Below, piece after piece: positions 27,117-41,103 of a stretch of DNA of 64,000 nucleotides. Numbering within the stretch: position 1 is the first letter of the stretch; every line of letters starts with the position of its first letter. This stretch comes from Octopus sinensis (taxonomy: Eukaryota), in the NCBI RefSeq assembly GCF_006345805.1, contig NC_043005.1, forward strand, positions 67,642,001-67,706,000, in the 5' to 3' direction. The position numbers and the translations under genes are program-made. The notes under the pieces were generated by a model that was given only the letters and a program-made list of their open reading frames with translations, searched no databases and had not been told where the DNA came from.

Positions 27117-27533
27117 AGGCGGCCAGCTGGCAGAAACGTTAGCACGCCAGACGAAATGCTTAGCGGTATTTCGTCTGCCGTTACGTTCTGAGTTCAAATT
27201 CCGCCGAGGTCGATTTTGCCTTTCAACCTTTCGGGGTCGATTAAATAAGTACCAGTTACGCAGTGGGGTCGTAATAATCGACTTAATCCTTTTCTCTGTC
27301 CTTGTTTGTCCCCACTGTGTTTAGCCCCTTGTGGGTAGTAAAGAAATAGGTATTTCGTCTGCCGCTACGTTCTGAGTTCAAATTCCGCCGAGGTCGACTT
27401 TGCCTTTCATCCTTTCGGGGTCGATTAAATAAGTACCAGTTACGCACTGGGGTCGATCTAGTCGACTTAATCTCTTTGTCAGTCCTTGTTTGTGCCCTCT
27501 ATGTATAGTCCTTTGTGGGCAATAAAGAAATAA
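27117..27533 (+). mobile_element. SINE family A tandem composite (~200-bp unit twice)
   Basis: A box tggcagaaacgtta; B box gttcaaattcc at ~27193 and ~27376; the module gtccttgtttgt...cttgtggg..taaagaaata closes each unit. Confidence 0.9.
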
Positions 27534-27820
27534 GTAATTAGGGATGCGACAGAATGACAAAACATTAGAAAGACAAATGAAGAAGTTTCCAGAGGATACA
27601 AGATAAAGTTTTGGAAGACACTTGAAATGAGACCAAAGACCGAATTGCATGAAATGTCTAGAAAAGCTAAGTAGTTGTACACAGTGTTACCGCACTCCAC
27701 ACAAAATATTAACGACAGTAAATTTTATCAAAGATGTGAAATAATTAGTGGCTCACTAAACGTAAAAAGCATCATAAACATCATCATTATTTATCATCAT
27801 CATCATATCATCATAATCAC

Positions 27821-27874
<54 letters not shown>

Positions 27875-28714
27875 TCATCAACATCTCTTGTCATCATTCA
27901 TTATCATTATAATCATATCGTCTTTATGATCATCATCGTCCAGATTATAAGGAAATGTAAACTGATAAGTTTACAGAATTGTTTAACTCTGGACTAAATA
28001 CTCAAGAGTATTAAGTTACCTTTCTTTATCTTCTGAATTGATATACAACTGAGATCTATTTCGGGTTTGGTTAAACAATCAGCACTAGTTTGTTCACGTT
28101 GACAATGCAATTTACATGAGAAGTATTTTCGTGGTGTCTAGTCGAACAAAACATCAATATTGTCAAGCTTCAAGTATTGTATTGGTTCATTGTCTCAAAA
28201 CCTCATTATATTGCAATATCCCAGTCTATTCACATAAACTGGTTTTGTTTGTCACTTAATAGTTTAAACTTTCCAGTTGCCAATGCTCTGTTGTAAAAAA
28301 AAAAAAGAACAAATCGTTCTAGACTCTGCTACTATTGCTGCTGCAATTCCTGCAGCAGCTGCATCTGTATCTGTTGTTATTGTTAAGGCGAAGATTCTTA
28401 AGAAAAGCAGAACAGAGATGAAAAAAATAAAACTGTATATGAGAAAAGAAACAGCTTGCTGCTCAGTAGACAATAATTACAACAATTCTACAAACAGGAG
28501 CAACAACAGCTTAAGCACATTACTAATACTACTGATAATAATAATCGTTTTTTTAATTTTATTCGGCTCAAGGGCTAACACAATGACAAATTACAAAAAG
28601 AGGGGAGCTTATAACAAGTATGAAAAATGAACGTGAGAAAACAAAAAAAAATCATTCTTTTTTTGTTTTTGTTTTGGAGTTAGTACTTGAAGTATATTTG
28701 AAGCTATAAATATT

Positions 28715-28992
28715 GATTCAAATTTTGGCCCAAATCCAGCAATTTGGCACAAACCCAGCAATTTTGCACAAAGCCAGCAATTTTGGCACAAAGCCAGTTA
28801 TTTGGCACAACGCCAGCAATTTGGCACAACGTCAGCAATTTGGCACAAAGCCAGGTGAGGGGTAAGTCGATTACACCCACCCCACTATTCAAATGGTACT
28901 TATTTTATTGACCCCGAAGGGATTAAAGACAGCTCAACTTTGGCGGAAATTTAACTCGCTCTGTGTATTAACGATTCTGCTAGCTCACCACT
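28715..28992 (-). mobile_element. SINE family A (internally deleted) with amplified tail and 14-bp flanking direct repeat
   Basis: Head reverse complement aacgattctgctagctcacc; aagctataaatatt at 28701-28714 and 29000-29013. Confidence 0.75.
28721..28855. repeat. 19-20 bp minisatellite, 7 units, consensus aatttggcacaaagccagc
   Basis: Units counted directly; unit equals the reverse complement of the family A tail. Confidence 0.9.
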
Positions 28993-30036
28993 TTACATAA
29001 AGCTATAAATATTAGCATGTAAATATTGAGTTGAAAATCGACGGCCGCCCATGACATGACCAACCTTTGAATTTTCCTATCCAAAAGGATTTTTCAGCCT
29101 GATATTTACATGATATATCATTCATAGCTTTATATATACTTCGAAATCCAATTTCAAACACAAATTACTTCACGTTCTCTCGAAAGTTTACAAAGGCTTG
29201 TGACGTTAACAACAATAAAAACAGATATTCAGTAACATGAAATCAGTTCCAATACGAAAACAGCAGCCTAGGGTCAATTAAGAGCTCAGCTTCCCACCCC
29301 ATGACCCTAGATTCCACTGAAGGATATAATGTGTTTAGCTATAATTATATTAACAAATATTCATTAAAACTATATAAGGAAGATGTTTAGAATAAACATG
29401 CTTTATTTTGCTCTATTTTTCCACTTGTCGGTCTGAATTTGAATTTTTCTATTGCATTGAAACCCCTGAAGAATTCTGCGCAGAGGAATATCCTTGTAAT
29501 GGCTATGAAATATTTATTCACATGAATAATTTTCTCATAGTATCTCTTTAAATATGAATTCTGAATATTTCGGAGAATCAAATATTTTCCAGAGAAAACT
29601 ACACATATGCAGTTAGAGTTTCAGACATGAAACAATTCAGTTGATCTCAGTAGATTTTGATAGTTTTAACTGTACGTTATTCCAGCATCATATACAAAAC
29701 CAGTTATACATTCCCAGTGAACTCTCTGTGCTTCTTTTCAACAGTGATGTGTGTCCGCATAATATTTGCAACACATTCTCGTTACGAACATAAATATATG
29801 TCCAAGGAGTAGTGTATAGAATATATATTTTATTTTGATATACAAATATCTTTTTTTATTGATCAAGAGCCATGGTTTTGGGACATTGTTTCAACTAGAA
29901 TATATATTATAATACATATAATGTATATAACATACATATATTATATGTATGTTATATATATATACATATATATATACATGTTATATATACATATACTTAT
30001 AGATACATACATATCCTTATATATACATGAGTGCAT

Positions 30037-30101
<65 letters not shown>

Positions 30102-30160
30102 CATACAGACAGACAGATAGACAGACGGATAGGCAGACAGACGGACATATAGATAGATAT

Positions 30161-30540
30161 CTTGTGGGCAGTAAAGAAATAAGAAACGTTAGCACGCCAA
30201 GCGAAATTCTTAGTGGTATTTCCTCTGTCGCTACGTTCTGAGTTCAAATTCCGCCGAGGTCGACTTTGCCTTTCATCCTTTTGGGGTCAATTAAGTACCA
30301 GTTACGCACTGGAGGTCGATATAATCGACTTAATCCGTTTGTCTGTCCTTGTTTGTCCTCGCTGTGTTTAGCCCCTTGTGGGTAGTAAAGAAATAGGTAT
30401 TCCGTCTGTCTAAGTTCTGAGTTCAAATTCCACGGAGGTCGATTTATGTTTTCGGAGTCGATAAATTAAGTACCAGTTGCGTACTGGGGTCGATCTAATC
30501 CACTGGACCTTCCCCAAAAATTTCGGACCTGGTAACTTGA
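30161..30540 (+). mobile_element. SINE family A tandem composite
   Basis: Same unit junctions as 27117-27533. Confidence 0.85.
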
Positions 30541-31355
30541 GGAGAAATGTATGTGTGTGTGTATGTGTGTGTGTGTATACATATATACTAAGGAGTAATT
30601 TTATATATATGTATGTGTGTGTGTATGTGTGAGTATACATACATACATGTCTGTATATATAATGAATAGTAGCACATGATTAGGTATGCAACTAATAGTA
30701 ACAGTAACCAATACGATATATTAGAGTAGAATAATACTTCGAAGCTTCATTTCATATGGCTTCACCGGAGAACTTGTAATTTCTTCTAAATATTTTATAA
30801 TTAAAATGAAGGCAAGTCACACGCAAAGCGGAAGAAACATTTAACCATGCCTAATACCAAAAGATCATGTACTGGAAATAAATACAAAAAAATATATTTA
30901 AAAAATATACACTTACGAAAACTATAAAAGCAAATGTTTGATATAAACGAATTCAAAGTAAATGCTCACAAAGTAAGTGCAGGGTTGTGGTTGCAATAGT
31001 TTTAATTAAGACAGCTTTCTAGATTAGATACCAAAGAATTGAGAATTCTCATATTGTTACCATGGAGCTAGTTACGGATGAAAGCAGATCTTGGAGACAC
31101 TGTTCTCTAATAACAGTGGAAATATTGTTTAAATGCAGTTTAGCACCGTTCGGATAGGTATTTATATTGTTTTAGGTAAATAAAGTGTCTTTGCTTTTTT
31201 GTTGGGTAGAAGGTGATTCATGATGAATGCGACTAGTGAACTTTAGGGTCATAGATAGAGACACTCGCGTACACAAATATAAAAATATATGCGTGTATGT
31301 ATGCATGTATGCATGCATATGTGTGTGTGTTTATGTATATATGAAAGTGTGTGAA

Positions 31356-31393
<38 letters not shown>

Positions 31394-31539
31394 TCAATAT
31401 TTCATCTATTCAATAAGACAATCAATACTTCATTTCATTTTACTATGTATATAGTATTTATACTATATATTCTATATTCTACATTAATATTATAAAGAAT
31501 ATAAATAAAACATAAAAAAACAGAGTTGGACTTCCTTTA

Positions 31540-31602
<63 letters not shown>

Positions 31603-31694
31603 TATACATACATACGTACGTACACATATACAGTCCTACGCACACGCATATGCATGCGCATAATGCATTAACTTCTGAATATTAACAAAATTTT

Positions 31695-31935
31695 GTGGAG
31701 GCCGTGGCTTAGTGTTTAGGGTGTCAGCACCATGATCGTAAGATTGTGGTTTCGATTCCTGGACCGGGCAACGCGTTGTGTTCTTGGGCAAAACACTTCA
31801 TTTCACGTTGCTCTAGTCCACTCAGCTGGCAAACATGAGTAACGCTGCGATGGACTGGCGTCCGGTTCAGCTGGGGAATACATACGCCAAAGAAACCGGG
31901 ACACCGGGCCCATGAGCCTGGTTAGGCTTTAAAAG
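31695..31935 (+). mobile_element. tRNA-derived SINE related to family C
   Basis: A box tggcttagtgttta, B box gtttcgattcc, shared core gttgtgttcttgggcaaaacacttcatttcacgttgctc. Confidence 0.8.
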
Positions 31936-33596
31936 GGCCCAATTTTTTATTAGCAATATTTTATCAAAGCTGGTGTCATGATAGGCAAACTTCTATCCGA
32001 CAAAAAAGTAAAAATATTTCATTTATCTAACATAATATTATATCTGTACGAAACGTGCTAAATTGGGTTTAAACAATATTTTCACTGCGTACGTTTAATA
32101 CCTCCAACTATTTCCATTTTCTTTATACTTAGAGTATGTTAAAGTACAAATATCTTATATATACACCTTGCTTTAATAAATAGTATGAGACAATATTATG
32201 AGATAACAGAGTATCCATCATTGGCGATATGTAGGCACACTATTCGGCATGCCTCAGTTTACATAAGGACTCATTAAAACCCTGGAACGTGTGAGGAATT
32301 GTTACCTACAATAGCCTGTTGTCCAAATCTGTGCTTCCTTCAGAGGCACGGGTCTGTTGGATCTTAAGCATTATTAAATAGATTGACTTTATGCAAACAG
32401 AAAACCACTGAAAATATATCCCTGTACTCACTCACAATATAAAACTAAGATAAAGAAATAAAGAAAACAAACAGAAAACGTTTCTGTAAGGAGAACATAG
32501 AAAAAGAAATTAATCTAAGAGGACGTGACATATCGAGAATAAGTGACATTCAAAATATAACATCCGAAATAGCACCTCGAAAAAATACTTTAAAATATAA
32601 GATTATGTGCCAGAACAAGTAACAAATAAATAACCAGAGGATATCCTTAGATAATTAGAAACATCTAACAAGACATCTACAATTAGTATCGACAAGATAG
32701 AGTTTTAAAAATAGTACTGCTTCTATTCATTTTGGAAAGACGAAACAAAATTCTTCGTAAAAGAAATAATCCTATTAACTGTATGCACATACAACCTCGC
32801 AAACACACCAGAAGGATCAGCGTAGCAATGGCCCATGAAAGAAAAGAAATAACATAAATAGAATTCCAAAGAAAAATATCAGTTAACTAAAAAAAAAAAA
32901 AAAGTATCGATCATCTATTGAAATCCTGAAAGCAGAAATGTTAACAATAAATGAGGTAAAATAATAGGGAAAAAACAGTAGAGCATCAAGAAAGGAATAA
33001 AGAGTTATTCTGACATAACACAAGGTCATTTCCTCGTCAGTAAAGATATAATCAATTGAATTGATCTCATCGTATGTTACTGATGTGTATTTTATTGAGT
33101 GAGAATATTTAATGCTGGGTTCCGACAAAGTTTGCCTCAGCAATCCTTTTTTAAAATTTCTAGCAGTATGAAACCGTATTTTTTTTTTCTCTCAGAGCCT
33201 TCATTATAAAGCATTTAATCTTCTTGGATTAAACCTCATGTTTCGTTCCAAGAATATCAAGAAGTATAATCTGTGGCAGGCAATAACTGCGTCGGCAACT
33301 AGAATCTGTGTAACAAATAGAAGAAAAGATTAATTAAGAAACAAAAATCTGTAAGGCCTGGATAAAGTACTCAACAACAACTGAGAACTTGATCCCATGT
33401 TACAAATCGATATTAACACAATGTGCCAATGCTCTTGTGAGTCGTTTAAATATTCACTGGCCTTATCGTGTGAGTCAGAAAACTTTTGCCAAAATAATCA
33501 CCCAAAACTAATTATAAATATGAATATACTAAATACACACACACATATATACATGCATACACATACATATACACAAACACATACACACATATATAC

Positions 33597-33640
<44 letters not shown>

Positions 33641-33961
33641 TGAGATCCCCTTCGTTCACGACACAGACCATGGGATTGCACCTAGAAAGTTACCCTCCCA
33701 GGCACAAGTCCGGACAAGGTTGTTTATGGAAGACCAGGAGTCGCTCATGCATACCGGCCTCCCCTCTCCACACCACCAATGTTATCCAAGGGAAAGGCAA
33801 CGGCCGATACAGCTTGGCACCTCTGACGTCGCAACTCATTTCTACAGCTGAGTGAACTGGAGCAAGGTGAAATAAAGTATCTTGCTCAAGAACACAACTC
33901 GCACCCCGGTCCGGGATTCGAGCTCACAACCTCACGATCTAACCACTGAGCCATACACCTT

Positions 33962-33965
<4 letters not shown>
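33641..33965 (-). mobile_element. SINE family C inserted in (TA)n
   Basis: Reverse complement of 52301-52641; (TA)n immediately on both sides. Confidence 0.9.
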
Positions 33966-34006
<41 letters not shown>

Positions 34007-34244
34007 CACATAAATAAGTAACACTTGAAGGACAGCTGTCAAATCCACTACAGGCGTTTCTAACGAATGTTTTAATAGATATATGCGTACATTATATCAT
34101 TATAATAAACCGTTTTCTTCAGATTCACGCGGAGTGAAAAAAACATTCACACGGAGAGTTTAAACTAATTCACGTGGAAAATTAGATACCTCGACAAAAA
34201 AGAAACCAAATTCTTGTTGTGCAAACTTACGAAAATCGTAAAAT

Positions 34245-34600
34245 ATGGAAGACTTGTTAGTTGGGATAGTTGAGCTGCAAAAAGAGCAACAACAACAAAT
34301 GGAGGAACAACGTGAACAATAAAAAGAATTGCAGCAGCAAATATTACAAATAATAAGGCTGATAACCAAGAATACATTTTCACCTGGACATGTGGTAAAT
34401 TCCATAAGCGAAGTCAAATATAACCCCGAAGAAGGAGTAACTTTCGAGGCTTACTTTCGAAGATTTCAACAAATTTTTAGAAAAGAATATCAGGATTGGA
34501 CGGGCGATATGAAAAGGCGTCTAGTGTTAAGGAATCTAACGAAAGGAGAGCATGAGAAGTATATTAACTTCATATTGCCAAAGGCATATTTAATCTAAAG
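34245..34600 (+). mobile_element. Ty3/Gypsy gag N-terminal remnant
   Basis: MEDLL..Q-rich..*..VVNSISEVKYNPEEGVTFEAYFRRFQQIF...KRRLVLRNL...EHEKYINFILPK, typical of the K02A2.6-like gypsy gag; one in-frame stop. Confidence 0.75.
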
Positions 34601-35868
34601 ATGTAATTAAACTTCGTAACACAACTTTTTAAAAACTAGTACTGGCATAACAGGCTTATATACCTGCAGAGAGCAGGTGCCAAGCATGACATTTAACCCT
34701 AGTAAAACATTTATGAAGCTAATTGTTGACGTTTTCGAGGAAAAAAACATTACTGCCATGGCATTCAGTACATGAATGGAGTGATATGGTTAATAAATTC
34801 AAGCGTTACTTCATTTACGTAATTGCTATTGATAAAAGTGCACTGATGTATTATTGCAGATCTAATAAAATACCAGCTTTAAGGAAGATCGAGCTTCTCA
34901 TTATTCAGGGGAAATAATGCAAGCAAATAATGCACAGAATAGCGCAGGTTACTGCGAAAGTTCAGAGGAGAGGGAGGAGAAATGAGAAAGTGGAAAGAAA
35001 AGAAAAATACATAGATAGCAATAATCACTGTGGTTATTGCTGTCTCTGTGTTTTATCTACCAGCAATTTAAGCCTATACGTCTATCAGCATTCTTAACCT
35101 ATAAATATTTAGATAGAAACAGAATAGAATAAATTTATTTGAGAAAGTGGACAACGGTATTTGTGGGAAGATAGCGTAGGCATAAACAAAGAAATGCGTA
35201 TACCAGACTAACGAAAGTAAGTTAGGCAGTAATCAGTGAAGGATATAAATTTATGTTATTTAAATATTGAAATTTAAATTAGTGAGAGCAGTTATATAGT
35301 CGTTATGGAGTTGTGAGTGGAAAGGTTGGAGAAGGAGAAACAGAAGTGATAGACGCGTTAAAGTAAAACTAACAATAAAATTAATGAATTCCTAATCCCG
35401 TGGCAGGATGGTGGTGGTGGTGGTGGTGGTGGTGGTAGTAGTAGCAACATCATCTTCTACTTTATGCACAAGGCCATCAGAATAGGAATATATGGATAGT
35501 AGGAATAATATGAATAATATGAATTATAGGAATATTCAGAATAGCGAGGATAGTATTTGGCTGTCACTTGATTTTGCTGACTCCGCACAGAAGAAATGCA
35601 AAGTTGACCTTCGAGAGATTTGAAGACTGAACGTAAAAGAAAGAGCCAGAAGAAATACTACGAAACATTATAGTAGTGAAAATAGAATACTGACTGACAC
35701 TAATCCTGAAGTTACATTTCCTAATTATACACGCATTATCATGATTATTATTGAGTCAGAGAACCACGCATGCCATCAAATCTCAAGATTTAGGGAAACA
35801 CACAGACAGACAGACACACATTCTCAGTTTTATATATATAAAGATAATGAGAACTTTGTCTGGAGTGA

Positions 35869-36085
35869 TATACGCGGTAGTATCCAAAAGGTTACCGGAC
35901 TCGTTCTGTTGCGAGTCAACACATGACAGTACACGGTCTCGTGCGCGATGAGAAATAGCAGTTAGCAGTGACCTTCATGGGGTTTTTTGCCGAGTGATAT
36001 CACTGTTTACTTCGCAAGTTGTGTTAGCTGTAGTTTGCGATTTTGTCGTGGACAGGAGCAAGCTATAAAATTTAGTTTTTAGACT
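35869..36085 (+). mobile_element. mariner-like 5' end remnant
   Basis: TIR-like tacgcggtagtatccaaaaggttaccgga; decayed EQ.AI.KF N-terminus (gagcaagctataaaattt). Confidence 0.45.
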
Positions 36086-36247
36086 ACCGAGGAATGTAAC
36101 AATTGGGAAAGTAGTTATTTAGATTTGAAATCTAAACAGAGCATAAATAAAACGCTATATCTTTAAGTGCGAATAATAATATAAATAGGAAATATAGTAA
36201 TACCAATGATAAATATCAGAGTGAGTTATCAACAGTAGCAGAAACAC

Positions 36248-36421
36248 ATCGTGATGTAAATATGCCATTTGAATATGGCTAACCCCTAAGGGTGGGTGCT
36301 ACTGTAGTTTTTAGCCCCAGGAAGACATCTCCTCCAGGAGATGTCTTCCTGGGGCTAAAAACATCTGTAGCATCCACCCTTAGGGGTTAGCCTTATTCAA
36401 ATGGCATATTTACATCACGAT
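36248..36421. repeat. 174-bp near-perfect palindrome (86-bp arms, 2-nt centre, ~5 mismatches)
   Basis: atcgtgatgtaaatatgcc...gaagacatctcct-cc-aggagatgtcttc...ggcatatttacatcacgat. Confidence 0.95.
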
Positions 36422-37884
36422 ATAGTAATACCACTTTTATGAAAACTAGAAATAGAAATATAACATAGTATCGTCTTCAATATTCATTGCAAATTTCGAC
36501 TACCATGCCGAAAAGATCTTTTCAGTATTTAAGAAAATTTCCCGCTACATTTTGCATTCAATCAAATTCTCAATACTTGTTAACCTATTATATGTGACCT
36601 TTAATTTAGCTTGTAACATTGTTAAATTTTATATAAACTTGACAAAGAATTATAATTATTGAACAACTTGTACATAAGCATCGTATGATTATAATAATAA
36701 TGTGAATAACAACCCTTTGAGTAGTTCTAGAAATAGCCCTATTAATAAGGGTGTGGTAGATACTAATACTGTAACTCTATCGCAAAATTATCATCATTAT
36801 TTGAAATAGAAACAAAATAGCAACACTAAAATAATTAATAATGGTAACACTTTTAGCAATGATTACAGTATACAGGTATCTGATATTGCACCTACCAACA
36901 CAGCTGAAGAGCAAAAAGTTCTGCCACTGGGTCCATATCACCTACGACGACTAATTTGTATATGTAAGTTGTAACAAGTAGCTGTAATTTTAGAATCCCT
37001 AAAAAATGTCCACTTAATGGGAACTGTCAACGGACACTCGTAATATCGTTTTTATGTACCCATCCATAATACAAATAGACGATTTATAGGTTCAGCCTCA
37101 AACCACTTCAAAATTAGTTAATCTATGCACAAACACTTTATGTCCAATTTAAAATAAATTTATTCATCACTAGCTGAGTACACATGTTGCTTGAAATCTA
37201 AAGCTATTGATTTTTAAACTCGAATGGAAAATCAACAATTCTGCAAGTGCATATCAAGATGAAATATTTGAATACCACTTGTTCATATGTGAAGCACTAG
37301 AAATTTTATTGGCAGATAAAAATTTATTAAGCAAAAGAATGAAATATTAATTAGCTGTAACCACAAAGTTCCAAGACACTTTGTGTCGCATAATTAGAAA
37401 TCTGGTTAACAGCTAAGTATTTCACTTTCACCTACTTTAATATACACTGTTCTTATAATGAAAAACTCGAAAGTAGTGCACTGAGTAACAAATCTTAATA
37501 TTGTATTCCTATGATTAGTCTAATTGCTACACACATTTAGCAGTTAACAGATTTCGTTCCATGTATTACACCCAAGGAATGAGATTTTACGAAGAAATGA
37601 TTTCTTGACTTGATTATATAAATATCTTATCTTATTAAGATCTTCTACATTGTATTTCAAAGCACCTAAGTTTTAATGCACAGAGTCTTTAATTACTAAC
37701 AAAAACAAAAGATTTATTTGTCGGTCTGTAATTTATATAGCTTATTACCTTCAAGGATCTCTGCGTTTTTGCAAGTGTACACACACACACACACACACTC
37801 ACACACATACACTCATGTATATATATGCATATATGTTTATAATCATAGATGTATGTATTCATCGATAAATATCTCTATGCATGC

Positions 37885-38342
37885 ATGTATATATGAACGC
37901 GTATGAGTGTGTGTATATGTGTGTATTCATGTATGCATGTAGGTATGTAGGTAGGTAGGTAGATAGGTAGGTAGTTAGGCAGGTAGGTAGGTAGGTACGT
38001 ACGTACGTAGGTTTATAAGTGTAATTTTATGAAATGTCATAAAAATACGATGGGTTGCAGTTTGTTAATGTGGGTAAATATTCATCAGTTTATATGCGTG
38101 TGTATACGCATATATGAACGCGTATGTGTGTGTGTATATGTGTGTATGCATGTATGTATGCAGGTATGTAGGTAGGTAGGTAGATAGGCAGGTAGGTAGA
38201 TAGGTAGGTAGTTAGGTAGGTAGATAGGTACGTAGGTTTATAAGTGTAATTTTATGAAAGGTCATAAAAAATACGATGGGTTGCAGTTTGTTAATTTGGG
38301 TAAATATTCGTCAGTTTATATGCGTGTGTATACGCATATATG
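37885..38342. repeat. Tandem duplication of a ~228-bp unit containing (TAGG)n
   Basis: Both units read atatgaacgcgtatg...gtttataagtgtaattttatgaa...cagtttatatgcgtgtgtatacgcatatatg. Confidence 0.9.
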
Positions 38343-38603
38343 TATATATAACTGATCATCGAAAAGTGTCTGGAACGGTATATATTTATTCAGGTTGTGT
38401 GAATAAATGTGTGTGTATGCGTGTGTGAGTGTGTGTGCTTGCATGTAGATGTCTATTTATACATATACTCTGATGCACAAGCAAGTATAAGTATGTATAG
38501 TTCTGATTGCTCATATGTAAATATATCTGTGCACGAGAACTGTTTATCTACTTCTATACAAATGGATACGTATTTGTTCTGTAACTGTGTATAGAGCTAT
38601 GTG

Positions 38604-38650
<47 letters not shown>

Positions 38651-38777
38651 GCACACGTTTATGCATATATTTTACGGATATATTAGTGTGTATGAGCCAT
38701 GCACACATATATTTGTAGAAATAGATATATCTGTATGTGTGTGCGTATGCATGTGTGTGCGTCTGTACGTATGCATA

Positions 38778-38868
<91 letters not shown>

Positions 38869-41103
38869 TTGTATGCGTGTATCCGTACTTGTGTAATTTG
38901 ATCTCGGTGCATTATAAAACTATGTTCATTTATGCTTGTTTCTACGGAGAATTCTTCGAAGAATGTATGCATCTGTTAGTCCATAATAGTCTGGAGAAAC
39001 TATTCATGTTTGCACACAAACATACACATATACGCTTGCATACACACACACACACACCACACACACACACACACACACCACACACACACACACACACACA
39101 CCCGCATGTTTTATAAGTGACTCGAAATATGCCTGTACCACGATGTCTCTATGTATAGGAACGCATTTGTTTGTATTATCAGTATATCTGTATATATATA
39201 AATTACATTTACTGCAATCCTGGCACGTTATCCCAAATGCATTTAGACAGTCGCAAACATCCGTCTAGTTAGGCCATCAGTGTCTGATTAATATCTCACT
39301 TGTCAACGAGCATGCAGCTTTGTGACCAATAACTTCGATTTTCATATATCTATGCTACAGACATAGTGTCTGCAATTTATTACATGATTCCATCATTGAT
39401 TCATATGTGTGTGTGTGTGTGCGTCTGTGTGTGTGTGTGTGTTTATGTATTGTATGTACGTATTTATGTATGTATGTACGTAATTATGTATGTATATCGT
39501 CTGTAAATCATAAATCCGAAAGAGAAGCACTCTAAGTTATAGGGCAGTAGAATATTTAGAGAATGTCAGTTATGGCCGGTTCACATAGTTACCCAGTGTT
39601 TCATATCCATACAGCGCATAGCTTTACACAAGTTTCTTCGAGCCCTAAACGCCGGTGGCCTATAACCCCTCTTCGAACAGGAGGAAGAAAAAGCTCCCTG
39701 GCTAGTTTTCAAGAACACAAAGAAGAAAGGTCAAGCGTAAAGGATTGTCTCTCTTAGATTGTCTCTCTTAGTTAGGTTACGGGAGCCAGGATTTCAGTAG
39801 GAATCGCCTGAAGTGTAAACAAAATCCAAAGTCTGTCCTGGAATTTAAGATGTTCTTTAATATCCTCGCCCGTTCGGTGATGTACTTGCATAGCAAGTGA
39901 CTTGATCTGAGATCGTGCATTGAAACATAAACAATTGAAGCGTAGATGTTCGTAAAACATTCAAGAACACACAAAAACCCTTAGTTTGACGGCACTACTT
40001 AAATACAGAGATCCAGATTCATCTGCGTAACGATATGAAGGAAAGGGTTAGTTTTTAGGGTAAGAGTTAGTTAGGGTTAGGGTGCCATTACACGTCCAGA
40101 CAACATACATTTAAAATGTTTTGTACGTAATACCCGTATTAAAGTAGTACCGTTAAGGGATCTCTCTTTTTAAGTATTACTAGTTTCACTTCAACATTAA
40201 AATTTCATTTATGTCAAAATATTTTCGTCGCTTTCAAATCGTGACCTGTTTACTGAAAAAAAAGCTTCACAAAAGTGATACAGCACGAAATTTTGTCATT
40301 TTGTCATTCATTATCTTTCATTTATGCGTATGTGTATCTATGTGCGCGCGAGTGTGTATTGGTATGTGTGAGTGTGTGTCCGTGTGTGTGTGTGTGGTGT
40401 GTGTGTGTGTGTGTCACTGTTGAAGTCGCTCGTGCAACTTTATGTATATATTCGCTTAGGGGTATAGAAGGTTTGGAAATTGAATAAGCTGCAAGTTCCG
40501 AGTACTTGTAACATTTTTCCCCTCGTCTTCTAATAGTAATTACTCAACATTCTAGGCTCTTCTCACAGCTATCCCACGTTCAAAAATTATACGGGCATTT
40601 TTTAAAAATTCATTCAATAAATAATGTTTTTACATTAATAGAATAAACTAGCGGCTTTCTAAACAGCGAATTAAAACTTAAATGGGAAAAGGAGAGACTT
40701 GGCAAATGAAAATGGAATACTCTACAGTGAGTGCAATAAATATTTAAATCTGTGAAGAATTGGATGCAGTGAATGCAATAAATATTTAAATTTGCGAGAA
40801 ATTGGATTTAAAAAAATTCAATAAACTTGAGAAATCGAAATTAAAGGAAATTTCTTAGAACATGAATTTATAAAAATATTTCCAGACCTTTGGATAATTG
40901 CTTCCTTTTAGTACTTTTAGTAATTGTCAGATACCTAATTAATAAGCAACTTTCTCCATTATAGCATTGACTATTCTACCTTGATCAGTGTCTTTGATAT
41001 ATTTTAGAAATATTTTATAAACCCATTTCCAAAGGTATCTTTATCTTTATTTTATATTTTTTCAATTAGTATTTGATGCACTTATTATAATTTTTTATAT
41101 AGT

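Noticed and set aside
28721-28855. CRISPR-like regular repeats
   Set aside because: Units are contiguous with no unique spacers, derive from a SINE tail, and there are no cas genes
30730-33360. Possible Penelope protein remnants (30.8-31.2 kb and 32.9-33.3 kb, minus strand)
   Set aside because: Only faint resemblance; no diagnostic RT or GIY-YIG motif readable by eye
40725-40807. 42-bp tandem duplication; also small 8-bp (44963-44995) and 14-bp (39743-39770) duplications
   Set aside because: Ordinary slippage products with no further structure
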